Assembly: GCA_963703285.1 (NCBI GenBank)
Contig: OY969807.1
Coordinates: 2,144,001-2,208,000, forward strand
Reading direction: 5' to 3'
DNA length: 64,000 bases
Origin: an uncultured Nitrososphaerota archaeon
Lineage (GTDB): Archaea; Thermoproteota; Nitrososphaeria; Nitrososphaerales; Gagatemarchaeaceae
This document shows, piece by piece, positions 8,868-19,483 of the stretch. The first letter of the stretch is position 1; the number at the start of each line of letters is the position of its first letter. The position numbers and the translations under genes are program-made. The notes under the pieces are model-generated. The model was not told the DNA's origin and ran no database searches. It saw nothing but the letters and a program-made list of their open reading frames with translations.

Positions 8868-9928
8868 TGGTAATAGCAGCAGCCCCAATGCCGTCGTCTT
8901 CATCGCTGTCGGCCAGCGAGGAGGAGGAGCAACGACAGCTGCGGTGGCGCGCGTACGCCCTTCTGATGGCGCCGCGGTGGATGAAAGGGCAGGTACAGGT
9001 GCAGCTTTCAGGGCCCGAGCTCGCCGCGGCCATCCGGGCCGCGGCCCTGTACCATGGTGCCGGGCACGCCGAGAGCGGGGAAGGGAAGGAGCTCCTGGCC
9101 CGGCTCCTGAGGTCTCGCCTCCGGCTGGTGCGGGCGGAGCTGGCGGCCAGGGAAGGGAGAAGAAGGCCACCGCGCACGCGCCTCTACTTCTCCCCCGAGG
9201 AGATAGGGATCGTGAAGGAGGGGCTGGACGCGATGCCCGCCGGCGACAGGGCCGGCCTCACGGGCCGCTTTACCGTCCTGGCCAGGGCGGGCGTGAAGGA
9301 CACCGCGCTGGAGAGAAGGAGGATCCGCTCTGAGATCGTGAGCGCCATGAACGTGGCCGGGCTTGCGGGAAGAGGAGCGGGGAGGAGGGGACGCGGCCCG
9401 GGCCTGCGGGCCTCCAATAAGGGAGGTACGGCGCCGCCCGCCGCCAGGCGCGCCCCGATGAGAATGAGGTTCCGGGAGTGGACGGTCCGCTCGGCCATCT
9501 TCGCGGTCGCGGCGTACATGCGGTACGACGACGCCAGCAGCAGCGGCGGCGCTCGTTTGTGGGCGTACAGGTTCCTCGGGAGGCTGGTGGCGCTGCAGAG
9601 GGAGGTCATCGCCGCCCAGGTCAGGCGGGGCAGGCGCCCGCCGGCCTACTGGACGCCAAGCAGGGGATCGAAGATCGAGCCCGCAAAGCTGGCCTACATC
9701 ACACCCTCGTTCAGCATCCGCGAGATATCGGCGATGCGGAAGGGGCTGGAGCTGATGAGGGCGGAGGCGGAGAGAAGGAGTGAGGAGGAGCAGGCGGCCG
9801 GAAGGCCGGGAAGATGGCGGACCCTGGACCCCACCGAGGCGGTGCTGCTGAGGAGGACAACGGCCCTCTACGGCGCGTACTACGGCGACGCGTGGGCCCG
9901 CAGGCAGGTGTGGGACTGGCGGCGCTGA
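8864..9928 (+). CDS. hypothetical Arg/Ala-rich protein
   Basis: 354-aa ORF with ATGA overlap to upstream gene; weak internal repeat FSPEEIGIVKEGLDAM / FSIREISAMRKGLELM. Confidence 0.55.
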   Translation: MMVIAAAPMPSSSSLSASEEEEQRQLRWRAYALLMAPRWMKGQVQVQLSGPELAAAIRAAALYHGAGHAESGEGKELLARLLRSRLRLVRAELAAREGRRRPPRTRLYFSPEEIGIVKEGLDAMPAGDRAGLTGRFTVLARAGVKDTALERRRIRSEIVSAMNVAGLAGRGAGRRGRGPGLRASNKGGTAPPAARRAPMRMRFREWTVRSAIFAVAAYMRYDDASSSGGARLWAYRFLGRLVALQREVIAAQVRRGRRPPAYWTPSRGSKIEPAKLAYITPSFSIREISAMRKGLELMRAEAERRSEEEQAAGRPGRWRTLDPTEAVLLRRTTALYGAYYGDAWARRQVWDWRR

Positions 9929-10042
9929 TCGATCGATTCGATTCGATTCGACCGGAGGCCGACAGACAGAGAGAGAGAAAAGGAAGAAAGAAAGCACTTG
10001 TCGAAGAGGCGGACATTGTAAACCCACCCGTACATCATCCAT

Positions 10043-10211
10043 CGGCCATGCAATCGGCCATCACCAGAATTGAAAAAGTTTCAATGCCTTCCCGCTCTCT
10101 CTATTCTCTACATTAGGTTCTCCGGACTTCCGGCCATCGGCCATCGCACGACTTCCGGCCATCGCACGGCCTCCGCCGCCATGCTTGCGCCCATCCCAGA
10201 CATCCGGCCAT
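10043..10211 (+). repeat. cluster of CGGCCAT direct repeats (iteron-like)
   Basis: CGGCCAT at 10043, 10055, 10131, 10138, 10156, 10205; 15-mer GACTTCCGGCCATCG twice (~10125, 10150). Confidence 0.7.
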
Positions 10212-10305
10212 CCAATATCTATCCATCGAACCAGCCAGCTATTTCCCGAGCCGCCGATGGGCGCGCATGATGATCGATCGAGAGGATGATATCGATGCCC
10301 TCGCT

Positions 10306-10339
<34 letters not shown>

Positions 10340-11172
10340 ACCATCACCATATCGGTCGTCATCGTCCGTCCGTCTCTCCTCTCGCTGGCCTGGCCAAGAT
10401 TCCAGTCCTGGAAAAATCGATGAAATTCCTCCAGCAGCTCCACGGAAACAGGCTTGCAAATATTTGATATAATTCGTCGATTACTTGAATTCATGCGTCC
10501 GCTAAATGGGTAGCCAATTGCCGCACACCCAGGCGGTATATATTCGACCAGCGACGAATAAACGCTCTCTCGGCCTGAAAACTCGGCTCACCATTGACGA
10601 TGTGCAGCGGCCATGTAGAATTAATTCCAGTTGATACTACACGCCTCCACGCTCGTTTCCCGAAGGGATCTTTCCATGGTGCCCAAAGTCAGCTCCGATT
10701 GATCAATATTCTCCGGCGACTCCTCTCCTCTCTCTCGGTGCTCCCCCAATAACGGGAAGAAGGTGCGGCCAAGAGAAGGGGGCCTTGGGGAGCCTAAGAG
10801 AGAGCAAGGGGAGAGAAAAGAGGGGGAGTGCAGAGGGGAAAGAAAGGAAGCAGGGGCGGCGCTGATGTGGACCAAAAACCAGGCTACTGCGATGTGGATT
10901 AGACTTCGCCCCGTCCGGCGTTAAAGGTCCGAACATGCTCAACGGGGGATGATCGACCCGCTGCGCACCCGATGGAAAGCACGCAAACGGGTCAGATCGT
11001 TGGTGTTGAACCAGGTGAAGCTGAGTGGCTCCTGGACACGTTGGAAGGGTGTACTCGGCGAGTTCGATGCTTGCAGCGTTTGCGAGCGCGGGTCAGTAGC
11101 AGCAACGAGGACCAAAAATCGCTGCTCGACGAAGCAAAGATGATACGGAGCGCCCCTTAAGTGCTTAACCCC

Positions 11173-11532
11173 CTAACCTATCTTCGCGGTCAGCAGAAGC
11201 GTTCGAGGCACAGGGTCATTGACCCTGTAGACCTTCTCCTGCTCGTCTATCAACATCGATGCCTTCAAACCCTCAAGAACGTTGTACACGGTAGCGTCGT
11301 TCACCGGTGATCCAACCAGAGGGATGACTGGCGTGAGGAGACTTCTCTCGAATACTAAACGCCGCGACTCGTCAATTGTTTCTTCGTAGAAGGCGAGCTT
11401 AGCTAATATGTGATTCACGTAGGCATTAAGGTGCATATCCCGCTCGGCTGCCTGTTCCTATAGATTGCGATTGGTTATGAAGGGTATCCTGAAGTTGACA
11501 TGAACTGAGTTGGGGCGTCCGTCGGATTCCAT
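11173..11532 (-). pseudogene. degenerate RHH-type regulator, paralog of 18819-19355
   Basis: MESDGRPNSVHVNFRI...*EQAAERDMHLNAYVNHI; in-frame TAG at 11458-11460; similarity ends after VIPLV. Confidence 0.8.
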
Positions 11533-11601
11533 TTTCGTTCAATTCAGGCGGGATTCAACGCCCGGCTAAGAGTTTTCACAAGGTAGACCGCCCTCTCCCC
11601 A

Positions 11602-11625
11602 TGCAAAATGTATCACAATGTATCC
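11602..11625 (+). promoter_or_regulatory. candidate operator, copy 1
   Basis: TGCAAAATGTATCACAATGTATCC, 20/24 identical to 19416-19439, just upstream of TATA-like CTTAAGTA. Confidence 0.6.
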
Positions 11626-11661
11626 CCTAACCTTAAGTAATTTGGAGACTACGCAACCTCC

Positions 11662-12618
11662 ATGAAAACTGCGCTGTTATGCACGGCACTTCTGGTGGTC
11701 ATGATGATTGGCTTTGTTCAACCGGCCGTGGCACAAGGCACGGGCGGACAGTCGTCTACGAGTGGGACACACCCCCTCGTACCTGCTGTCCCCATGCCGG
11801 ACGATGAACTGGGTTGCTACATATACACCAATTCCACCGGTTGGCTGTCACAGCCATGCCAGCCAACTGTCCAGACGGTGGGCCCGATATCGGACCAGAC
11901 AGCGAGCCAGACGGGAGGCTACCCCACATTGAATTTTGGGGGGTCTTACGGTGAGCCGGCAGTCTACGCGAATGGTGTTCCAATTATCCAGTCCAACGTG
12001 CTGATACAGTTCAACCTGTTCACGGGCGAAAAGGATACGGGTACATCCGGGAGCAACGACTGGAGCATACAAGACAACACGAACGTCTTCCTTGGGACAA
12101 ACTCACAGATTGATTGGGTGCAGTTCGCAGTGCAGAACCAACATTCCTGGTTGTTTGGTCTTGGCAAGGCACAAGCAGTCATTTCTGAGGAAGACGTGAC
12201 GACCAGCACATACACCACTTACCCCACAGGGATTAGTGTCCAAAGCCTTTCGAGCACAACTTCTGACATAGTGGAGGGATGGGTATCTCAAAGCGGATCA
12301 TCTTATTACCTGGACGAACAGTTCTGTAACAACTCAACCTGTTGGGGCGTGACTGCACCGGACCTCTATGGCCTCTACGTTGGAGGGACTTGGCAGTACA
12401 GTAGTGGCGACATTCTGGGCTTTGGCAGCGGTTCGACGGCGCAATTCACTTCGCCAACGACGGAGCACACGTGGGTCGAGCCGCGGGCGTCTACTACTCT
12501 CAATGGCCAGTCAACATCATACGTCGAGACGGCTGAGATGAACAATCTTAACATGGGCAGCACGTCATTCTCATGTGCAAGTAACGTCTGTGATTACATA
12601 GTGATAGAATATAACTAA
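11662..12618 (+). CDS. secreted beta-rich protein, possibly thermopsin/glutamic-peptidase-like
   Basis: Signal peptide, possible propeptide, WSIQDNTN...WVQF, TAEMNNL, paired cysteines. Confidence 0.6.
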   Translation: MKTALLCTALLVVMMIGFVQPAVAQGTGGQSSTSGTHPLVPAVPMPDDELGCYIYTNSTGWLSQPCQPTVQTVGPISDQTASQTGGYPTLNFGGSYGEPAVYANGVPIIQSNVLIQFNLFTGEKDTGTSGSNDWSIQDNTNVFLGTNSQIDWVQFAVQNQHSWLFGLGKAQAVISEEDVTTSTYTTYPTGISVQSLSSTTSDIVEGWVSQSGSSYYLDEQFCNNSTCWGVTAPDLYGLYVGGTWQYSSGDILGFGSGSTAQFTSPTTEHTWVEPRASTTLNGQSTSYVETAEMNNLNMGSTSFSCASNVCDYIVIEYN

Positions 12619-12648
12619 CGGCTACGTGTCGCAATCCGTGTCAGGGAC

Positions 12649-12972
12649 TTGACGGAGCAGACCATCCTGCAAAGGGATGCGCGACGTTCGTGGTGGAATG
12701 TGCGCGCGCTCTTCTTTCTATTGGGAGCGGCTCTCGTGGTCTTCGGGCTTGCTTTGGTGTACCTTGGCCTGAACAGTCTTACCTACCCCTCAATTGCATG
12801 CATCACCAACGCGCCTTGCCCGCCCAGACTAACCAACGCCTCATCATACTGGGGTGAGATCATCGCTGGACTAGGCATCGTAGCTGCGGGGAGTCTGGTG
12901 TTGATTTCTTCCAAGATTCGAGGTACCGGTTCAATTGCCCCCAAAACACGCGACTATCTCCCGCCCGGCTGA
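12649..12972 (+). CDS. small two-TM membrane protein with Cys-containing loop
   Basis: Two hydrophobic helices flanking CITNAPC. Confidence 0.6.
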   Translation: MTEQTILQRDARRSWWNVRALFFLLGAALVVFGLALVYLGLNSLTYPSIACITNAPCPPRLTNASSYWGEIIAGLGIVAAGSLVLISSKIRGTGSIAPKTRDYLPPG

Positions 12973-13295
12973 GGCCAGACCACGCTTCAGAAGATGAAGT
13001 GTTCGGAAGTGTAGGCAAGATTTCCGATTGGAGCTTCTCTTCCACGTGGTGGGGTTTGGGAAACCCTCCGCTGATTGGTTGGTTTGCCATCAGGAAGCGA
13101 TTTCCTGTCGTTTGCGATTCAAGTTCGGCGAAGGCGCGCCATCACTGAGGAGCTTGAGGACGCTCTGGAGAAGGAGCAGAAGAAGGCCTCACGATTTACG
13201 CTGAACCCTGCGGTTCGCCTTTATCCGTATGACCCTCGACCGAGGCGACCATTCCAGTTCGTTCCCTTAGAATTTCAACCAGCAACTTGCCCTCG

Positions 13296-13631
13296 TCATG
13301 CGTCCACGCGCTTCCCCTGTGGGCTCCTGCGCCTTCCCGTGGGTCTTCGGCTGCGCCCCTCGATGTATTGCAGTAAATTGCCGTCGTCCGGAGGAATCAC
13401 TCCCGAGTCCTTGGCCTCGCTGACCAGATGTCAGTACAGGTCCCTATGAGCGGTTTCGAGGTGCGGAAGCAACCGCTGCTCCTCGTACCTCTCTCGACAC
13501 CCCGGACACCGGATGATCCGACCGGCGCCCCGGGAGATTGCCCTGCTATCTTTCGCCCGCTTGATCGCCTGCTCGAGCCTCTTCGTCGCCGGCCCTAACT
13601 CACTCATATCTCGGACGTATCCGTGACCCAT
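13296..13631 (-). pseudogene. small C2H2 zinc-finger protein with probable premature stop
   Basis: CPGC...HLETAH; frame stays open ~45 codons past TGA at 13431-13433. Confidence 0.4.
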
Positions 13632-13736
13632 TTAAGGAGGGCGAACGCTCGATATAGACGGTTGCGGGCTGTTCGAGTCTTCAGGAAGACGTTGCTCGGT
13701 AACTCTTCCGAAAGTTAACTGGATCTTTTGTTAAAG

Positions 13737-14885
13737 AGCTATAACGACTCTGACAAACGGTCTTCACCCGCCCTTCCATATTCGGTCGATGCTGGATTGA
13801 GTATGAAAGGGATTGGGGAAACCGTTATTCGCGAGGAAGCTCTCTGAGGAGGAGAGGAGGAGGCTGCGCTCCGCGAGCCTCTCCAAGGATTTCACGAGGA
13901 GGACGAGGGCATCGGTGGTGCTCGAGTCGTCGAACGGACTGGAGGTGTCGGAGATAGCAAGCAAGCTGCGTCTCAACAGACATACTGTGAGGCTCTGGAT
14001 CAAGAGGTTCAACGACGCGGAGATGGTCGGCCTCGAATCCAAGCCGATACCCGGAAGGCCACCATCCATAACGGAGGCGCAGAAGGACAGCATCGTGAGG
14101 ATTGCCCTAACCAGCCCCAGGGAGCTGGGGATGAACTTCACGACCTGGAGCCTGTCATCGCTGAAGTCGTACCTCGAGCGGAACGGAGTGGTGAGCAGGA
14201 TATCGCTCTCCTGGATCTGGAGCATCCTGGTAAAAAAGGGGCTCGATACTTCAAGAGCAAGCGCTGGAAGGTGAGCAAGGACCCGGACTACGACGTGAAG
14301 GTGAAGAGGATACTCGACCTCTACAACAACCCTCCGGACGACGGTGTGGTCGTCTGCGTCGACGAGAAGGGCACCATGACGGTCAAGGATTACGGCGGCT
14401 CCACGTGGAGGAACGAAGCCCCAAAGATCTCGGACAGGCAGGAGATCAGGGGGAAGGCAGAGCTCACCGCCGCCTACGCCCCCCACCTCGCGAAGGTGTT
14501 CCGCAGGTTCTCGGAGAAGAAGAGGGCGTACCACGTCACCGGTCTGCTGAAGCAGGTGAGGGCGTCGATACCCAGGCCCATGAAGCTCTACGTCATACTC
14601 GACAACCACCACATGCACACGGGCGCGCTCCTGAAAGGATTCGTTGAGAGCGACGGCTACGTGGAGCTCGTCTTCACGCCCAAGAACGCGTCGTGGTGGA
14701 ACGCCATAGAGCAGATCTTCGCCGATCTCCAGAAGAGGGTTCTGAACAACAGCTCGTTCAGCGACGTGGAGGAGATGAAGGGCGCTGTAAAGGGAAGGAT
14801 CCCGGAGCTCAGTACCAGGCTGAAGTCTCTCCTCCAGTCAGGGAAGTACGTCTTCGGCCTCAGAGTGTGGATGAGCTACCGGTGA
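13737..14885 (+). mobile_element. IS630-family insertion sequence (ends approximate)
   Basis: HTH ORF plus DDE ORF; only weak inverted similarity (AGCT..ACTCTGA) at the ends. Confidence 0.85.
13813..14885 (+). CDS. IS630 transposase, two ORFs joined by -1 frameshift at A-AAA-AAG (14232-14238)
   Basis: GRPPSIT, TWSLSSL; VDEK, ILDN, WNAIE catalytic D-D-E. Confidence 0.88.
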
Positions 14886-14892
14886 ACCGCGC

Positions 14893-15141
14893 TCATCTTC
14901 GCCCCGTAGGTACGCCAACTATCTGATTGCATTTGGGGCAGGCCATGCCCTCGAGCGTCTTGCCCAGCCATCCTCCACGCATGAGCATCTCAAACGGAAT
15001 GTCAACCTTGCCCCCCGGCTTACGGTACTGCTCCTTGAAGACAGGCTTCAGCGAGTTCAGGTCCATGACCTCACCACAGCTGGGGCACTGAAACCTTTCC
15101 TCGTCGTTGCCCTCTTTCTCGACCTTCTTCCTTCTTACCAC
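14893..15141 (-). CDS. small zinc-ribbon protein
   Basis: CPSC...CPKC. Confidence 0.6.
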   Translation of the reverse strand: MVRRKKVEKEGNDEERFQCPSCGEVMDLNSLKPVFKEQYRKPGGKVDIPFEMLMRGGWLGKTLEGMACPKCNQIVGVPTGRR

Positions 15142-15241
15142 GGCCCTCGATTCGTATTGTTCCGTTATAGATTCTTAGTCAAAGGCCTAGTTAACCAGTA
15201 ATTGGAACGACCTAATAGTGCGCCCTATAGATGAATGGCCG

Positions 15242-15740
15242 TTGCCAGGGAAGGCCCTCATCTTGGCGGGAGCGGCAAACTCAGGGAAGACTACCACACT
15301 GAAGGCCCTGATTGACCGTCATTTGCAGAAAGTGAAGCGGAACGTCTACCTGCTAGATGGCAAGTCTGTCTGAGGGTCAGTTCGCCGCAGGAGTAGGCCC
15401 ATTACTGCAACTATGAAGGGGCCATGAAGATCATCCGCCGCCTCCTCAAGAAGTGTGCGACAAGCAGTGGGTCGCTCGTCATAATGCCAATCACTCTCCA
15501 GTTCAACCCCGGCATCAACCGCCATTGTATTGAGTCTCCCATAATGGAGCTTCGAAGGCTCGGCTATGATGTCCATCTCGTCTACCTGAGGAAGGTGGAG
15601 ATACCCGGACTCGCTGAGGCCGACTCACTCATGCGGGAACTTGGGGCTCAGGTTGTCAGGAGCGGCACGAGTGAGGGTGGTTTCGAGAGGCAGGCTGAAG
15701 ATCTCTGGAGAGTCATCCAGAGAGAGTTTGTGGCTGTGCC
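15242..15740 (+). pseudogene. disrupted small P-loop NTPase
   Basis: LILAGAANSGKTTTL Walker A, then stop/frameshift near 15370-15396 and continuation as the 15424 ORF; 3' end approximate. Confidence 0.55.
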
Positions 15741-16017
15741 TTCTGAGGTACCTGCAGGCAAAGCCTCCAGATATCCGCCAGTAAGGTCGGCGTACAGCGG
15801 TCTTCTTGCTAATCTTGATGTCGTCGGGCTTCACAGCGCCGAAGAACGCCCCGAGCTTGCCGCCCGGCGCGAAGAACTTCGTCCCCTCTCTCTTGACCTT
15901 GTCAGTCCCCACGCCCTCCGGGGTGGCGTTGGCCGTTATCGTCAGAACCTTCTCCTCAATCTCGGTTTGGACCTCGAGCTTGGAGTCCTCGCCCATCAGG
16001 AGTTCGGTGTCGCTCAT
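15625..16017 (-). CDS. hypothetical protein, probably truncated
   Basis: Protein-like GC3-biased ORF that collides with the opposite-strand pseudogene. Confidence 0.4.
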   Translation of the reverse strand: MSDTELLMGEDSKLEVQTEIEEKVLTITANATPEGVGTDKVKREGTKFFAPGGKLGAFFGAVKPDDIKISKKTAVRRPYWRISGGFACRYLRRHSHKLSLDDSPEIFSLPLETTLTRAAPDNLSPKFPHE

Positions 16018-16690
16018 GCGTGGGGTCGAAGGGACGGTCGGGATAAACTTTTACACGATGAAATAACCTGTGCATAGGGAGAATGATAATGAATTCAAAT
16101 GGATTAGGTGCAACTGGACTGCGTTTGGGGCAGCCACGGCCCCGTTTGAATCGGTAAGTCCTGCTCCGGACATGGTTGTCGCATTTCCTCCATTCACAAC
16201 CGCGCTCACCGCGGCGTTGAGCCGGACTTGTACCTGCCCGGGTGACTGAGAGAACGTGGAGGGCCCATTGACGGAGGCCGACGCCATGGGCGTAACGAAC
16301 ATTCCGAGTATCAATACCAACCAGACCGTTGCGACGTAGCAACTCAGCAAGGCGACGTGGTCGTGATGCTTCCAGTGCATTATCGTTCTCACCACAGTCA
16401 TACAAGTTGGTTGTGTAAAAGTTTATGCCTGCCTCACCTTTCCGAATGGCCGGGAATCGAATCTCGGGGTTGCGACTTTACGGATTTAGTAACTTCGCCC
16501 TGAATAGTGCGCTAATATTCGTCGCGGCACCCGGCAGATATGAGAATATCGTTACGGGAGAACCTCTACCTGTGGGTTCCTGTTCTGCTTGGGGTGGTCG
16601 CGGTCGTCGCCGCAGTCCATGGGCTCCACCCGCTCCACGTCGGCGCCCTCGACGGAGACCCGATAGGACCCGGCGCGCCGACCTGACAGG

Positions 16691-17788
16691 CTAAGAGTCA
16701 TATCGCATCTTAGCGACTGAGAGGATGGAGGCAAGGGCCGTCTCCGAGTCGAAGACCCACCCTCGCTCATCGGTGAAGCTCTCGTACGGGATGGTATAGT
16801 GCATGCTGGTTGGGAGATCGAGGAGATAGGTCTTCCACGGCGGGAGCGACATCTCCCCCAATCTGGCGTTCAGGAACTCCAGCGAACGGACTAGCTCCTG
16901 GACGGGGATTGCCTGGTCCGCTCTGTAGCTTCCGTCATGGGACCCTGCCTCGTACCAAGCAAAGGGGAAGTTGTTGAACAGCAGCCTGACCTTCCCGAGT
17001 TGTGACCTGTTCAGGTGACTGAATCCGAAGGACACGCCGGCGACTCTCGCCGTGTTCGCTCCACGCGCCGGAATCCAGTGCACCCTGTGGTGAGAGATGA
17101 TCGGCAGGACGTGTTTCCTGTAGTGCCACCTCAGCGTCACCGCGTTCATCTTGAGCTTCTTGGAAATCTGCGCGAGGTTTCTCAGCGAGCCAGCTTCAAG
17201 CTCTTTAATCAGCAGGAGGTCGCTCCGGTCGATTGCGGGTTTCACGCGTGGCTGGTCCACAGTAATCGGGGAAGGAGGAGCCTCGAGATTGGTCCCGACC
17301 TCCTCCCAGTCGATGTTCCAGCGCCCAGAGTCAAAGTCATAGTAGCGACACTTCAGCTCTGGGTTCCTGGCCCATTCCATCCTGTTGAGCTCCACGGCAC
17401 TCAGGACTCCTTTATCAACGAGGCCTCTCATGAATGCCTGGAACTGGTCTTCCACGAGCACTGGGACCGCAAACAACCCGATATGCGCTGGTTCCAGGAG
17501 CATCCCGGAGCGATATGTCAGGAACCCCACATTTGCGAGTCTGTCGAGGATTGAGCTGGCATGCGGCAGGGCGTCGGGGGCGAATCTGATGATCGCAGAG
17601 TACCTCTGCAGGCCCAACTCACCCAGGTTGAAGACGGTCTCGACGCTCAGGTCGAGCTCGGGGAACCTCTTCTTGAGAGTGTACCTTATGGTCTCTTTGG
17701 GCATGCCCGTTGCGCGCGAAAGAGCCGCGACGTTCTTCATCCCGACGCGGTCTATCACCTGAATCAGGTCCGCAATCCTCGCGCTCAA
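16691..17788 (-). CDS. tandem Lrp/AsnC-like winged-helix transcriptional regulator
   Basis: Two HTHs: NVAALSRATGMPKETIRY and DRSDLLLIKELE..LAQISKKL..TLRWHY. Confidence 0.75.
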   Translation of the reverse strand: MSARIADLIQVIDRVGMKNVAALSRATGMPKETIRYTLKKRFPELDLSVETVFNLGELGLQRYSAIIRFAPDALPHASSILDRLANVGFLTYRSGMLLEPAHIGLFAVPVLVEDQFQAFMRGLVDKGVLSAVELNRMEWARNPELKCRYYDFDSGRWNIDWEEVGTNLEAPPSPITVDQPRVKPAIDRSDLLLIKELEAGSLRNLAQISKKLKMNAVTLRWHYRKHVLPIISHHRVHWIPARGANTARVAGVSFGFSHLNRSQLGKVRLLFNNFPFAWYEAGSHDGSYRADQAIPVQELVRSLEFLNARLGEMSLPPWKTYLLDLPTSMHYTIPYESFTDERGWVFDSETALASILSVAKMRYDS

Positions 17789-17882
17789 CAGGAATGCTAT
17801 TAACGAATACCCTAATAACGGCTCCTATCTTTGTGAAAGCTTTATTACCCAGATGTTATCATTTAGGCCATAGGAATTGTGA

Positions 17883-18248
17883 ATGCTGGCCCAATCGATA
17901 AGCACAGAGGGCGTCGAGTCGATGGTGAGGAGGTATAGGCGGGGCTTGGTTAACTCCCTGCTCGAGTACCTGATACTGGACAACGCCGAAAGGCGAGACG
18001 TTTGCGGCTACGACATCATCGCGACGGTCTGCGTGGACTTCCAGGTATTGCTCAGCCCGGGTCAGGTGTACCCCGTCATCGATGCGATGGAAGCCGGCGG
18101 CCTGATTACGAAGGTGAAGAAGATGAGGAGAGTCTCGCTAAGTTTGACCCCCCTCGGTTACGTCCTGCTCAAGGCGTGGAGAAACGAACTTGGTCTGATG
18201 CAGCTGCGTCTTAACAGCGACCCTCGCCCCATAGAGCATGTCCACTGA
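17883..18248 (+). CDS. PadR-family regulator
   Basis: CGYDII...LSPGQVYP..ME..GLI...LTPLG. Confidence 0.75.
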   Translation: MLAQSISTEGVESMVRRYRRGLVNSLLEYLILDNAERRDVCGYDIIATVCVDFQVLLSPGQVYPVIDAMEAGGLITKVKKMRRVSLSLTPLGYVLLKAWRNELGLMQLRLNSDPRPIEHVH

Positions 18249-18275
18249 TTCTAGGCAGGTGTCCGATGAAGTAGC

Positions 18276-18605
18276 ATGATCAATTGGATGCAGTTCAGGA
18301 TACGTTCGAAGTTGCTGAGCGCCAATCTGCAGTTGGTCATCCTGTCGGCTCTGCGCTGGCGGCCGATGAGCAATTGGGAGCTGTTGGATGAGATTTACAG
18401 CAGAACCGGCTTGATGCCGGAGGATGCAGAGCTCAAGCGAACCATCCGGCTTCTCGTTGACGGGGGGTTTGTGCAAGTCCCGAGCAAGGATTCACAGTCC
18501 CGGATGACCATCAACGCGCGCGGCATCGAACTGCTCTCAGAGCTGGCGGGGCTTCAGCAAGGGTACTTCGAGTCGACAAAAGCGTGGGATAGAAATCATG
18601 GGTGA
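18276..18605 (+). CDS. PadR-like winged-helix regulator
   Basis: VILSALRWRPMSNWEL...LVDGGFV...INARG. Confidence 0.65.
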   Translation: MINWMQFRIRSKLLSANLQLVILSALRWRPMSNWELLDEIYSRTGLMPEDAELKRTIRLLVDGGFVQVPSKDSQSRMTINARGIELLSELAGLQQGYFESTKAWDRNHG

Positions 18606-18818
18606 TTTCATCAATCAATCACGGATTTAGTCGAGAATGCAGTCTAATCTAAGCCTGAGGAAAGAGTTGAGTGGAAAGGATACGCGTCCTGGTTGTGCGC
18701 TTGACCGGTCTTGCCAAGTGCAGTAACCACGTTGAGAGAAAGAGGAATTCTTGCCACCCGCCCCTTCGTCCGGCTCGGAGATACTCCTGTACAGACGCCA
18801 TCTACATCGATGGTACCC

Positions 18819-19355
18819 TTATCGATAGTTGATCTCAAGGATTCCATCGTGTGAGGCAAAGCTCAGTTCCTCTTGAATCAGCGATTTGACGGCTGTAGAG
18901 TAATACTCCTTCAGGAAAAGAGTCCACTTCGGACCATAGTCGTGTTGCAACACTAGCTTATGGCCTGATGGAGTCTTGACGACCTTCGCACGATACCAGC
19001 CTGAGTAGATGCCCATAGGCATGAAATAATGCTTGACCAGGTCCGGCATGTTCGCGGTTCCACCTGAGAATTCCAGAGAGGGACTTAAGACCTGAGATCC
19101 GAGGTACCTTCCCAACTCCGCGAGATCTTCCGAAGCGACCAGTGGTATGATTCGAGTGAGGAACTCCTTCTGAAACACTACCCGATGTGACTCTTCAATG
19201 GTTTCATCAAGAAATGTGAACTTCGCAAATATGTGATTGACATAGGCGTTCAGGTGCATGTCTCGCCTCGAAGCTTGTTCCTCCAAGAGGGCTTTGCAAT
19301 CGGCCGCTACCCTGAAGTTGACGTGGACTGACTTTCGCGGTCTTTCCACTTCCAT
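18819..19355 (-). CDS. ribbon-helix-helix regulator with C-terminal sensor-like domain
   Basis: SVHVNFRV...LEEQA..RDMHLNAYVNHI; C-terminal LQHDYGPKWTLFL; start placed at M38 of the ORF by paralog alignment. Confidence 0.7.
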   Translation of the reverse strand: MEVERPRKSVHVNFRVAADCKALLEEQASRRDMHLNAYVNHIFAKFTFLDETIEESHRVVFQKEFLTRIIPLVASEDLAELGRYLGSQVLSPSLEFSGGTANMPDLVKHYFMPMGIYSGWYRAKVVKTPSGHKLVLQHDYGPKWTLFLKEYYSTAVKSLIQEELSFASHDGILEINYR

Positions 19356-19415
19356 GCAAGTTGACACCCGGCACCCATACTTAGCGTTTTCATGATGAAG
19401 TAGCCTGGATTGTAG

Positions 19416-19439
19416 TGCAAATGGTATCACTTTGTATCC
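19416..19439 (+). promoter_or_regulatory. candidate operator, copy 2
   Basis: TGCAAATGGTATCACTTTGTATCC in the equivalent divergent intergenic position. Confidence 0.6.
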
Positions 19440-19483
19440 GTGGTCCGTATATGGAATTCCTCCCATAAGATAAATGAAGAAAA

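Noticed and set aside
11458-11460. In-frame TAG (and TGA at 13431) as pyrrolysine/selenocysteine read-through
   Set aside because: Both lie in decaying mobile cargo, the first gene is also truncated, and no recoding machinery is seen
16445-16470. tRNA T-arm-like sequence on minus strand (CCGAGATTCGATTCCCGG)
   Set aside because: Stem mismatched and no other tRNA arms
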